Shown here in pieces: positions 10,220 through 20,267 of a DNA stretch of 64,000 nt. Every line of letters starts with the position of its first letter. The first letter of the stretch is position 1. Position numbers and translations under genes: made by a program. Below the pieces are notes generated by a model, which saw only the letters and a program-made list of their open reading frames with translations, did no database searches and was not told where the DNA came from. The DNA comes from an uncultured Poribacteria bacterium. GTDB lineage: Bacteria; Poribacteria; WGA-4E; WGA-3G. The DNA lies in assembly GCA_958296135.2 (NCBI GenBank), contig CATQHZ020000001.1, forward strand, positions 3,456,001 to 3,520,000, given 5' to 3'.

Positions 10220-11608
10220 TCACGTCATGCCGCTCACCGTTAAAACGACATCTTCGCTAGCGGAACCCTCTATCGGCACAGACATAAACGCCGCGATTAA
10301 TTTTGCAGCGCCCGGGTCGAAAATACGCACCTTGCCATCAAAACCGCCCGCGGCGAGTTGTGTGCCTGCCGGATGGAACGCCACGGCGAAAACGCCGACA
10401 GCATCACCGCGCATCGACGCGACGCGCGTGCCATCTGCCACGTTATAGACGCGCACTTCGCCCCCAGCATTGCCGGTAGCAAACAAACTCCCGTCTGCAG
10501 AAAACGCGACAGCCTCAATTGAACCAGATTGCGCCTCATAAGCCTTGATGAGGTTAAAGTCGGTGTTACCAACGTCCCGCCGGATTTCCCGGAAGATTTT
10601 GTAACGTCGTGGAATTCTGTCCTCGCCGCCGCTCAACACTTCGTCCGCCGAAGGATGCCGCGCGAGGGTATTTAGCTCGCCGTAACCCTTATTGCTGGAG
10701 TTGATGTCGTCAACGAAAGAACCGGTGTCTACCTCAACCAATTTGAGCGCGGTATCGCGCCCGCAACTCACAAAATGCGTGCCATCTGTCGAAAAAATTG
10801 TGCCGAAAACCCAGTCGCTGTGGTTATCAAATTTAACCAGCTCCTTCTCATCTGCAACAGAGAGCACGCGCACCGTCTTGTCGGAACACCCGAACGCGAC
10901 GCGACTCGCATCTGGTGAAAACGAAAGCCCATAAACTGTATCATAACTCGCACGAATCGACTTGACAAGCGTGTTCGTCGCCGTATCCCACAACTGCACC
11001 TCGCCGAATTGGGCCGGGGAGCCGCCGGCAACGCCCAAAAGGTTACCATCAACAGCATACGTGAGAGACTGAATGCGGCGCGCCTTGCCGACTAACCGCG
11101 CCTTCAATTCAAAATGCGTCGTGTCATACAACAGCACCTCGCGGACACCCGACACTGCCAACGTGCCGCCATCGGGCGAATACGCCAGCGCGGAAACGAC
11201 AGGCGGCACCGTGTAAACCGGATAATCTCCCTCGCCTAAATCGTCAACTTCCATCGGGGTATCGTCTTGCGCACCTGCCAGAATCCACTGCCGGAAGAGT
11301 GCCACTTCTTCCGCAGACAGCGGTTCTTGATTCTGTGGCATCGCAGGCTCATCGCCGGAAATCAGCTTGATGATGAGACTTACATCTGGCTTGCCGGGTA
11401 TGATTGCCTCGCCTGCCATGCCGCCGCGCGTGAGCTCGGCGTAGGTTGTCACAATCAAACCGCCGTTCGGATCGCCGGGATGGTGGCACCCTTGGCAACT
11501 CCGCTTGAGAATCGGGACAATCTGTGCGTGATAACTTACGTCTGCCCTAACTGACATCGCGATGAGACAGACGCAGCACACTAAAATCCCTACGCGCCAT
11601 ACCTTCAT
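10220..11608 (-). CDS. Planctomycete-type cytochrome c domain fused to a WD40 beta-propeller
   Basis: Signal peptide; CQGCH heme motif with MP...WI.AGA; repeated AYSPDG/FSPD/FSTDG WD40 blades. Confidence 0.88.
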   Translation of the reverse strand: MKVWRVGILVCCVCLIAMSVRADVSYHAQIVPILKRSCQGCHHPGDPNGGLIVTTYAELTRGGMAGEAIIPGKPDVSLIIKLISGDEPAMPQNQEPLSAEEVALFRQWILAGAQDDTPMEVDDLGEGDYPVYTVPPVVSALAYSPDGGTLAVSGVREVLLYDTTHFELKARLVGKARRIQSLTYAVDGNLLGVAGGSPAQFGEVQLWDTATNTLVKSIRASYDTVYGLSFSPDASRVAFGCSDKTVRVLSVADEKELVKFDNHSDWVFGTIFSTDGTHFVSCGRDTALKLVEVDTGSFVDDINSSNKGYGELNTLARHPSADEVLSGGEDRIPRRYKIFREIRRDVGNTDFNLIKAYEAQSGSIEAVAFSADGSLFATGNAGGEVRVYNVADGTRVASMRGDAVGVFAVAFHPAGTQLAAGGFDGKVRIFDPGAAKLIAAFMSVPIEGSASEDVVLTVSGMT

Positions 11609-11699
11609 ATTGCGTTCTTTCCTCCACTTGGATTAGATAGCATTTTCCATTACATTAATTATACCACAATTTGATACATAATTGCAACAACTTTTTTCC

Positions 11700-12433
11700 C
11701 AACGGGGAAAACCTGTCCCTCGGTAGGAGAGACCTCCCGCGTCTCGATGTTCGGCACTTGTCCCCCGCGATCCCTCTCGATTGACCGCAGCATGGCGCAG
11801 CACAGGACCGCGCCCTACGGACTAAGGGCCCCTTCTACCGTAGCGCGGGGGCCTGTCCCCCGCGATCGTTCGATCCACACAAAAAACGCCCGAAGCCCCA
11901 GGACTTCGGCCATCTTCTCTGCAGATCGATGCATGGCGCGGCACAGGACCGCGCCCTACGGACTAAGGCCCCCTTCTACCGTAGCGCGGGGGCCTGTCCC
12001 CCGCGATCGTCCGAACCACACGAACCCCCCTCTCACCGTAGCGCGAGGGCCTGTCCCTCGCGATCTACCGACCTACACAAAAAACGCCCGAAGCCCCAGG
12101 ACTTCGGGCCTCTTCTCTGCAGATCGATGCATGGCGCGGCACAGGACCGCGCCCTACGGACTAAGGGCCCCTTTTAACCGAAGGGCCCTTTTCACCGTAG
12201 CGCGAGGGCCTGTCCCTCGCGATCGTTCGACCACACCAAAAACACCCGAAGCCCCGGGACTTCTCTGTAGGTCGATGCATGGCGCGGCACAGGACCGCGC
12301 CCTACGGTAGAAGGGGCCTTTTCACCGTCGCGCGAATGTCTATCCCTCGCGATCGCCCAACCCAAACGAAAACAGCCGCAGCCCCAAGGGACCACGGCCG
12401 TTTTCTACATGGCGAGGCACAGCCCCGCCCTAC
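11700..12433. repeat. BIME-like array of GTAG-type REP hairpins (array A)
   Basis: Alternating GTAGCGCG(A/G)GGGCCTGTCCC(T/C)CGCG and inverted GGCGCGGCACAGGACCGCGCCCTAC units. Confidence 0.85.
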
Positions 12434-12435
12434 AT

Positions 12436-15400
12436 CTATTTCGCCTGCTGCTTCACAGCACCGAACGTCGTCAGCATCCGATTGGCCGCAGAGACAGGCC
12501 CCCGCAACATCCGCGTCGCCAACGTCGCCGGCCGCCCATCAAACGCGACCTCCTCGATCTGATAGTAGTACTCAACACCCGGCTTCGCAGACGTATCCGT
12601 AAACGTATACGTCTGACGCTCACCCGTCGTGCCAGCACCCGCAATCAGCGCAGCATTCAGCAGCGTGAAACCACTGTCACGTTTTTCGCTGCGGCGCAAG
12701 TTGAAGCCAGCGTTGTCAACTTCAGACTCCGTCGTCCAGGTCACGACAACCGCACCGGCCTCCGTGCGAGACACGGTGAAACTTGACAACTCCACCGGCA
12801 AGGCACCGCCTTTCCGATACCCCGGCGTGCCGATATCCTCGGCATGCCCATAGTGGAGGGCTTCCACGGCGAGTCGCTTGAGGTTCGATGCCAGCGCCCA
12901 ACTCGCACGCTGCTTCCCTTTCAGTGCAACGCCGTTGTCGTAACGCCGAATCAGCGAGCTCCGAACACCTGCCTCGGCACTCACCGGCAACGCCCACGCC
13001 GGCGCATCCTTCGTCCGACGATTGCCATCGGTGTTGCCCACTTCGTCTATGAGGTTACCGTTGCTATCGGTAAGTTTCAGGTAGAAGCCTTCCGCGCTCA
13101 GGAACGTATCCCGCGCAGTCTTGATACGCAGATTCCTCGCATGCAATGCCAACAGGTTGTAAACCCGCTCCGCAGGAAATACCGTGCTTGACGATGCACG
13201 CGCAGGCCCCGCAACAATCAGCAGCGTCTGATTCGGTTGAATCACCTTCTCTTGCAACGTCAACGCCACAATCGGCCGCCCTACCAAGTCTTCCGAATCC
13301 ACATTCTGGAACTCCAGTTCCCACCGGTTCAGATTGAGTGCCTCGGTTTTGGATTTATTATACAGCTCTATCCACTGTGGCAGTGTGCCGCCACCCGAAT
13401 CAAACATCACTTCGCTGATGGTGATACTACCCTTCGGCGTAGCTGCTGCCGTTTTCACGGCACCATTCGGATACCCCGGTGTGCCTGCGGTGGCAGCAGA
13501 ATTCGCCACCTTCCTGTCATAGCCGATACCGGTGAACGCCGCTTCTGCCCAGGCATCTTTGTGGTAACCCACAATATCTGCCTTCGCGCGCTGCCACACC
13601 TTACCGGAGCCGAGGGCCCCTTCGGTATCACCACCGGGAGCTTCACGCACTTGCAACGGCCAGACGTATGTATCATAGTCACCCGTCTGCTCGCGAACGA
13701 ACGCATCCGTGTCACTGCCACCGCCACCGGCGACATCGACAAATGCCTCGTTCATACCGAGTTTCTCCTTCGCGTTCCGCAGAATCAACAGGAACTTCCC
13801 ATCGTCCGGCAACGCGAGCCCCGAGGCAACGAGATACTGATGCGGCGAACCTTTCTGCTCTACATCGGCCGTAGCGATATCATCGCCACCGGCGAGAGAC
13901 GTTTTCTCCGGCGAGGTACTCACCAGCAGCAACAGCCCATTCGCAGGCACGCTCACATCCGCGAAAACGTGGAGCGATGTATCTTCCTTTTGCCCATCGG
14001 CCACAACCGAGAGCTGATAGTCTTTCAAGGAGACAGCCGCGCCCGTGACATTCCGCAATTCCAGCCAGTCGTTTGCAGCACCGCTGCCATTGCCGAACTC
14101 GTTAAAAACAATCGGACTGCGAGGCACAGCAGACGCAGCAGCCTTCGGCGAAGTCTCCTCGGGGAAAAACGGCACAACCGGTATAACCGGTGTCTCCCGG
14201 ACGAGCTGCGGAATCTCACGTCCAGACGTATCTCGCAACGGCACCAGATCTGCAGGCGGCACCGAGGCCGGCGCAGCACCAGACGCAACAGCAGGAGCCG
14301 CTGTCCCAGACTGCTGCCCAGTCGGCGCACCTCGCGGCCCAGACAGCAATATCGTCCCTGCCGGCACCTGTGTCTGGACAGAGGGGACAGCCACCGACTC
14401 TACCACCGGATCCGTGGCTGCCACCGTATACGCGAAGGTGACTTTCGTCGAATTCGTGTCTTCCGCCGCCATCCAAACAGCATGCCGCGCATTGGCTAAC
14501 ACCTGTTCACCCAGATACAACACCACATACGGCGGGTTCGCCCCTTCATACCGCAGATGCTCCTGGGTATACGTCACCACCACTTCAATATTATCTCCGA
14601 GGGTATGGGCACCCGCGGGGGGCGCAACAATCTCCGGCGGTTCAACCACGCGCAACGGGGCAACCGGCACCGTTTGGACTACCGGCGGAACATCCGGGTC
14701 TAACGCCGGCACCGAGGCCGGCGCAGTGCCAGAACCCACCGCAGGCGCATCTGTCCCAGACTGCTGCCCATCAGCCGCACCTACCCCAAACAGCAATATT
14801 GTCCCTGCCGGCACCAGTATCTTGAAAGAGGGCACAGACACCGACTCTGCCACCGGATCCGTGGCTGCCAACGTATACGCGAAGGTCACCCGGGTCGAAG
14901 CCGCGTCTTCCGCCGCTGTCCAGACAGCATGCCGCGCATTTGCCGGCACCTGTTCGCCCAAATACAACACCACATACGGCGGGTTCGCCCCTTCATACCG
15001 CAGATGCTCCCAGACATACGTCCCCGCCACTTCAATATTATCTCCGACGGTATAGACACCGGCGGCGGGCGCAACAATCTCCGGCGTACCCACCACGCTA
15101 TCCACCGGCACCGTTAACGTATTCGATACCTTACTAAGGTTGCCCGCGATGTCCATTGTGGCACCGGCGGGAACCTGAATCGTCACATCGCCCTGAAACT
15201 CGCGGGCGGGCGTTATCCGCGCTTTGTAAACCAAGAATGATGCTGAATTCTTCGCATCACCGGGCGCATGCCCATCGGGAGGCGTCGTGTCACCATAATT
15301 CTGTGGTGCACGATGGTCGAGCCCGATGTAAACCGGGGTATCAATCGTCCAATCCAGCGAATTCCCAGCTGCATCGGTGATGACGATGTCTTCCGCGCCA

Positions 15401-16479
15401 AACGTCGTACCGATTTCCTCGGCGTTGGCACTCTTCGCTTTGTAATGGTTCGTAAAGCGGAATTCAACTTCAAACGCACCGCCCTGCGACACCGATTCCG
15501 TGACCCCTGCCATAAAATCTGTCACAGAGCCGGCACTGGGATCCAGGTTGACTATTGCGTTGCGTCGATCCTCGGTGTGCGTCCCCCCATTCTTTATCAA
15601 GCCAGGAATCCACACTGTCGCCGGGAAAGCATCCACAATGTGCTTGCCGACCCCGTAGGCGTATGCCTTAGCCCTGGTAACAGTATAGCCAGAATCAGCT
15701 TGTACCGGAGGACCGTACTCATAAGACACACCCCTCCAATCGGTGAGCGTAGGATCGTTAATCAGAAACGCCCGAAGCGGCGCTGAAACAAATTGACCAA
15801 AGTTATAATAAGTCCCTGTAGGAAACAAAAGGTCGGTGGAAGTAGTATAGTCTCTTATGTGCTTCGCACCTGATGGCAGAAGAGTGTTATGATCGGGATC
15901 AGCATGGGTATTATGCCACAGATTCTTGCCCACGAATTCGAGGTTATCGAGCTTGAGATCTTCCGCTCTCACGGTGTATCGAAAGGTGAGCGTTCTATCT
16001 CCGTCAGTCCTATCCGCATCGGTGAGTGTAAAATCCCAATCATTTGACACGAAATCGGGATGGCTACTGCTTTTGAAATTGGGCGGCCTCAGCGTCACAC
16101 CCTCATCGGCTGTGACAGGTTCCGCAAACGTCATCTGAATTTCAATGGTGTCGCCTACACCGTAATAGCCGACTTCCGGGCTGTTGGCCAAAGTCACCGC
16201 GTTCGGCCCGGTGGGAAGGGACCAGCCATGCGGGTGCACCAATGCGCATGCTGCCGTGTACGCGGCACCGTAGATGTTGTGATGTTCGAGACACTCTTGG
16301 CGCACCTTGTGATAGCGGGACTTGCCGGTATGGGGCGCGGTGCTAGAGTACTTCACCGGGAAAGTGTTTGCAGGTGCCAGTGCCGGCTGGGCACCTTGTG
16401 CGTCTATCGGTGTTCCGAGCATCGAAACTATCCCGATGCCAAACAGCAAACCTAAGAAAAAAATGGAATACTTTTTCAT
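12436..16479 (-). CDS. Large secreted surface protein with Ig-like modules, two lamin-tail-like domains and a PVELSSF C-terminal domain (paralogue 1)
   Basis: GAGGAG RBS; signal peptide MKKYSIFFLGLLFG; IVFNEF...DWLELRN and ITISEVM...QWIELYN segments; GTPG motifs; LPVELSSF. Confidence 0.85.
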   Translation of the reverse strand: MKKYSIFFLGLLFGIGIVSMLGTPIDAQGAQPALAPANTFPVKYSSTAPHTGKSRYHKVRQECLEHHNIYGAAYTAACALVHPHGWSLPTGPNAVTLANSPEVGYYGVGDTIEIQMTFAEPVTADEGVTLRPPNFKSSSHPDFVSNDWDFTLTDADRTDGDRTLTFRYTVRAEDLKLDNLEFVGKNLWHNTHADPDHNTLLPSGAKHIRDYTTSTDLLFPTGTYYNFGQFVSAPLRAFLINDPTLTDWRGVSYEYGPPVQADSGYTVTRAKAYAYGVGKHIVDAFPATVWIPGLIKNGGTHTEDRRNAIVNLDPSAGSVTDFMAGVTESVSQGGAFEVEFRFTNHYKAKSANAEEIGTTFGAEDIVITDAAGNSLDWTIDTPVYIGLDHRAPQNYGDTTPPDGHAPGDAKNSASFLVYKARITPAREFQGDVTIQVPAGATMDIAGNLSKVSNTLTVPVDSVVGTPEIVAPAAGVYTVGDNIEVAGTYVWEHLRYEGANPPYVVLYLGEQVPANARHAVWTAAEDAASTRVTFAYTLAATDPVAESVSVPSFKILVPAGTILLFGVGAADGQQSGTDAPAVGSGTAPASVPALDPDVPPVVQTVPVAPLRVVEPPEIVAPPAGAHTLGDNIEVVVTYTQEHLRYEGANPPYVVLYLGEQVLANARHAVWMAAEDTNSTKVTFAYTVAATDPVVESVAVPSVQTQVPAGTILLSGPRGAPTGQQSGTAAPAVASGAAPASVPPADLVPLRDTSGREIPQLVRETPVIPVVPFFPEETSPKAAASAVPRSPIVFNEFGNGSGAANDWLELRNVTGAAVSLKDYQLSVVADGQKEDTSLHVFADVSVPANGLLLLVSTSPEKTSLAGGDDIATADVEQKGSPHQYLVASGLALPDDGKFLLILRNAKEKLGMNEAFVDVAGGGGSDTDAFVREQTGDYDTYVWPLQVREAPGGDTEGALGSGKVWQRAKADIVGYHKDAWAEAAFTGIGYDRKVANSAATAGTPGYPNGAVKTAAATPKGSITISEVMFDSGGGTLPQWIELYNKSKTEALNLNRWELEFQNVDSEDLVGRPIVALTLQEKVIQPNQTLLIVAGPARASSSTVFPAERVYNLLALHARNLRIKTARDTFLSAEGFYLKLTDSNGNLIDEVGNTDGNRRTKDAPAWALPVSAEAGVRSSLIRRYDNGVALKGKQRASWALASNLKRLAVEALHYGHAEDIGTPGYRKGGALPVELSSFTVSRTEAGAVVVTWTTESEVDNAGFNLRRSEKRDSGFTLLNAALIAGAGTTGERQTYTFTDTSAKPGVEYYYQIEEVAFDGRPATLATRMLRGPVSAANRMLTTFGAVKQQAK

Positions 16480-16521
16480 AGGAAATTTCTCCTCTTAGAA
16501 AAATGAATTGAATAAAGGGTT

Positions 16522-17067
16522 TCAGCCGCCCTGATTGCGGCGGCAATGTTGTGAAAAGTTCACAAACGAAATCGGGAGAGCCGCCTCCGTCGCCGCCGGC
16601 ACTGAGGGCAGAACAAGAGCACCGTGGTACCCACCCCACGGTGCTCCCGTCCTGGCTCTGCATTCCAACGTGGGAGAGAGAATTTCCCAGTACAACGCTT
16701 GTGAGCCCTGAAAAGCCAACGGTGAGTCAGGGTCGGTAGCGTGCGACGCGAAGAGCCCCTTGGAGGGGTTCCCAGGATGGGACTCCAAGCGGCATTGTGA
16801 GTCGCGCGCGCGAACCGGGTAGCGCGCGGCAAACGCGCGCTGGGGATCGTGTTGGCATTCAGAGCGGGGATATCCCCCCGGAGCCCCTTCCTGCCGAGAG
16901 CGGCAAGAGTTAACAGGCGTAAAGTAATGGGGGGGGGTGATCCGGTCTAGGGCATCATCAACGGGAGGCGCAAACGTGGATACGGCGCGCAGCCGCGGTG
17001 GCTGCTGCGTCGCTTTCCCAGAGATCTGCAGACGAATCGGATAAGCCGCGCGGAATTGAGTGTTCAC
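16522..17067 (-). CDS. Putative leader ORF containing a C9 tract, homologous to the N-terminus of the gene at 36812
   Basis: AAGGAG 7 nt before GTG 17067. FAPPVDDALDRITPP aligns with FARCGADATRFTPP of the 36812 protein. Confidence 0.5.
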   Translation of the reverse strand: MNTQFRAAYPIRLQISGKATQQPPRLRAVSTFAPPVDDALDRITPPHYFTPVNSCRSRQEGAPGGYPRSECQHDPQRAFAARYPVRARDSQCRLESHPGNPSKGLFASHATDPDSPLAFQGSQALYWEILSPTLECRARTGAPWGGYHGALVLPSVPAATEAALPISFVNFSQHCRRNQGG

Positions 17068-17124
17068 GTTCGTGCTCCTTTTTCGTAGCGTCGAATTTCA
17101 TGCCCCAAATCGATGATATAATAT

Positions 17125-17278
17125 AATATACCACATTTTTGCACGTTTGTCAACTTAAAAATGTGATTTTAACGCGCAATAATGAGCATATCTATATAAT
17201 ATACCATATTTTCGCGTTTTTGTCAACTTAAAATTGCGAATTCCTTTAAATTCTATCATTTTTTAACATTTTTGTCAA
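17125..17278 (-). promoter_or_regulatory. Three tandem sigma70-like promoters upstream of paralogue 1
   Basis: TTGACA-N17-TATATT at 17153-17125 and at 17226-17198; TTGACA-N17-TAGAAT at 17278-17250. Confidence 0.7.
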
Positions 17279-17314
17279 GAATTTTTTTTGCGACTTAAAA
17301 CGGCCCTGCAAGAA

Positions 17315-18335
17315 AGGCCCCTTTTCACCGTAGCGCGAAGGAAAACCTGTCCCCGGTAGGAGAGACCTCCCGGTCTCGATGTTCGGGACCTGTCCCTCGC
17401 GATCCGCCTTGATAGACCGATGCATGGCGCGGCACAGGACCGCGCCCTACGGAGCTAAGGCACCTCTTCACCGTAGCGCGAGGGAAAACCTGTCCCCGGT
17501 AGGAGAGACCTCCCGGTCTCGATGTTCGGGACTGTCCCTCGCGAGCCGCCTTGATAGACCGATGCATGGCGCGGCACAGGACCGCGCCCTACGGACTAAG
17601 GCACCTCTTCACCGTAGCGCGAGGGAAAACCTGTCCCCGGTAGGAGAGACCTCCCGGTCTCGATGTTCGGGACTGTCCCTCGCGATCCTCCTTGATTGAC
17701 CGATGCATGGCGCAGCACAGGACCGCGCCCTACGGACTAAGGGGGCCTTTTCACCGTAGGCCCCTTTTCACCGTAGCGCGAGGGACAGGCCCTCGCGATC
17801 GTTCACGCACCAAGAAAGCCCCCTTTTCACCGATGCATGGCGCAGCACAGGACCGCGCCCTACGGACTAAGGGCCTTTTTACCGTCGCGCCAAAGAGGCC
17901 CCTTTCACCGTAGCGCGAGGGAAAACCTGTCCCCGGTAGGAGAGACCTCCCGGTCTCGATGTTCGGGACCTGTCCCTCGCAATCCTCCTTGATAGACCGA
18001 TGCATGGCGCGGCACAGCACCGCGCCCTACGGACTAAGCACCTTTTCACCTACGGGCCCTTTTAACCGTAGCGCGAGGGCCGTTACGCCGAAACTTTGTC
18101 ATCTCTGCAGCCTCGCTGCAGAGATGTCCACTGTCCCTCGCGATCGTTCACGCAACAAGAAAGCCCCCTTTTCACCGATGCATGGCGCGGCACAGGACCG
18201 CGCCCTACGGACTAAGCACCTTTTCACCGATGCACGGCGAGGCACAAGACCGCGCCCTACGGACGAAGGCACCTTTTTACCGCAGCGCGAAAGAGGCCCT
18301 TTAACCATCACGCGAGAACCTGTCCCACGCAAACG
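17315..18335. repeat. BIME-like REP array with ~140-bp tandem units (array B)
   Basis: Near-identical units start at about 17328, 17471 and 17612. Each has a REP pair plus a nested GTAGGAGAGACCTCCCGGTCTC hairpin. Confidence 0.85.
18082..18131. mobile_element. REP-loop-inserted mini-element, 50-bp form
   Basis: GTTACGCCGAAACTTTGTCATCTCTGCAGCCTCGCTGCAGAGATGTCCAC between GAGGGCC and TGTCCCTCGCG. Confidence 0.7.
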
Positions 18336-18447
18336 CTCAGACAAAACACGCCAGACTTGCAGAAATCGCGAATTTCTGTTAGACTTTGTCATCAACAGCG
18401 ATGCTTCAATACCTCAAATTTTGTGATTTTTATCAACTCGGAGGAGA

Positions 18448-20127
18448 ATGATGCCCGACAAAATGACAGGCGCGCGGTTTATTGCAGAAACCGTCCACGG
18501 TTACGGAATCACCCACGTCTTTTTTATGCCCTACATCGGTCCCAGAGCGTTGATGGAAATGGAACACCTGGGGATAAAACGCGTGCAGACGCACGGCGAG
18601 AAGGCGGCCGCTTATATGGCAGATGCCTACGCTCGCGTGAAACGCGCGCCCAGCCTCTGCATGGCGCAATCCGTCGGCGCGCTCAATCTCGCCGCCGGAC
18701 TGCAAGACGCGTATCTCGCCTGCTCCCCAGTCATCGCGTTGACTGGACGAGAAAACCAACTGAATCAGCAACGGCACGCCTACCAAGAAGTAGACCACGG
18801 CAATCCGTTCTCGGCAGTGACAAAATACAGCGCGTTCGTCGCCGCACCGGAACAACTCCCCTTCTATTTGCGGCAAGCCTTTCGGGTAGCTACATCTGGC
18901 ACGCCAGGCCCCGTCCATCTCGACCTGGAAGGAATTGCCGGCTCCGCTGTTATCGACAGGGAAGGTGAACTAGCGGTTATCATCGAAGATGGGTTCGCGC
19001 AGCTGCCGCCTTTCCGTCCGGAAGCAGAGACAGAAAAAATAGCGGCGGCACTACAACTGCTCGCCGATGCGGAACGCCCTATTATTGTGGCAGGCGGCGG
19101 CGTTACTGCCTCCGACGCGCGCGCCGAATTGATAACTCTCGCCGAGAAACTCTCTATTCCCGTCGCAACCTCTTTGAATGCAAAGGCGATGTTTCCGAGC
19201 GAGCACCGGCTTGCAGTCGGAGTACCCGGCTCATACTCGCGCGCATGTGCCAATCAAGCCGTTTGCGAGGCAGACCTGGTTTTCTTCATCGGCAGCCACA
19301 CCGGTGGACAGGTGACGAACGGCTACCAAATCCCGCCACAAGGCACACCGATTATCCAACTGGACATCAACCCAGATGAACTGGGACGGAATTATCCGAT
19401 CCGGTTGGGGATGCAAGGCGATGTTAAAAATACACTGCGCCGCATGATTGATGCCGCCGAGACAGCGCAACAGCGCACCGAATGGGTTCAACGCGTGCAA
19501 AAATTAGTGGAGAATTGGAAAGCAAGCGTCAGTGAAAAAGTCAACTCGGAGCAACTGCCGATGCTCCCCGAACGACTCTGTCGCGAGCTGACCGGTTATC
19601 TCCCTTCAGACGCGATTCTCGTCTCCGACACCGGACATTCAGGCATCTGGACAGGGACAATGATAGATCTGAAGCATCCGGAACAGACTTTCATCCGTTG
19701 CGCCGGTTCGCTTGGATGGGGACTCCCTGCGGCATTCGGCGCGAAGTGCGCGGCCCCCGAACGTCCAGTGCTGTGCTTTACCGGTGATGGCGGCATCTGG
19801 TATCACCTGACCGAATTGGATACCGCCACGAAATGCGGGATTAACGCTGTCATCGTGGTGAACAATAACCACTCGCTGAATCAAGAGCAGGGCGGCGTTG
19901 AGTCCGTTTACGGCGGACGCACCCCCGGCTCCGATGAACTCTGGCTCTTCCCTGATGCCGATTTTGCAAAAATGGCTGAATCTATGGGCTGTTTCGGGAT
20001 AACCGTCAACCAACCGAGAGAACTCGCGGGGGCACTAGACGCGGCGTTCGCCTCGGGGAAACCGGCGGTTGTCGATGTCAAAACGCACGTGGAAGGTATC
20101 GCACCACGGGCGTGGATGCCTGCCTAA
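18448..20127 (+). CDS. Thiamine pyrophosphate-dependent enzyme (acetolactate synthase large subunit-like)
   Basis: HGEKAAAYMADAYAR, PGPVHL, GSLGWGLPAA and the TPP motif GDGG...NN. Confidence 0.9.
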   Translation: MMPDKMTGARFIAETVHGYGITHVFFMPYIGPRALMEMEHLGIKRVQTHGEKAAAYMADAYARVKRAPSLCMAQSVGALNLAAGLQDAYLACSPVIALTGRENQLNQQRHAYQEVDHGNPFSAVTKYSAFVAAPEQLPFYLRQAFRVATSGTPGPVHLDLEGIAGSAVIDREGELAVIIEDGFAQLPPFRPEAETEKIAAALQLLADAERPIIVAGGGVTASDARAELITLAEKLSIPVATSLNAKAMFPSEHRLAVGVPGSYSRACANQAVCEADLVFFIGSHTGGQVTNGYQIPPQGTPIIQLDINPDELGRNYPIRLGMQGDVKNTLRRMIDAAETAQQRTEWVQRVQKLVENWKASVSEKVNSEQLPMLPERLCRELTGYLPSDAILVSDTGHSGIWTGTMIDLKHPEQTFIRCAGSLGWGLPAAFGAKCAAPERPVLCFTGDGGIWYHLTELDTATKCGINAVIVVNNNHSLNQEQGGVESVYGGRTPGSDELWLFPDADFAKMAESMGCFGITVNQPRELAGALDAAFASGKPAVVDVKTHVEGIAPRAWMPA

Positions 20128-20267
20128 ATTTTACCTCTGTCAGTTGGACCGGAGCAGACTGAACCACGTAAGCGCGGTTGGAAACCGCGAAAGGTGGCGT
20201 GTCGGCTTGCTTCCAACGCGCGCCGACCGGAACGGATAGATTGGCGTAACGCCTATGGCCTTAAGAA

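Noticed and set aside
11747-12602. ORFs lying in REP arrays (also 17325-18426, 35757-36745, 40708-41349, 49203-49876)
   Set aside because: Their translations simply mirror the DNA repeat (VARGPVPR, RSARACP) in several frames and lack RBS support.
16479-17067. TGA readthrough (selenocysteine) fusing the leader ORF to paralogue 1, which is in the same frame
   Set aside because: A second in-frame stop (TAA, 16497-16495) follows, and the gene has its own RBS and signal peptide.
17315-18335. Repeat arrays A-E as CRISPR arrays
   Set aside because: Units alternate in orientation, the spacers are themselves repeated and irregular in length, and no cas genes are present. The pattern fits REP/BIME.
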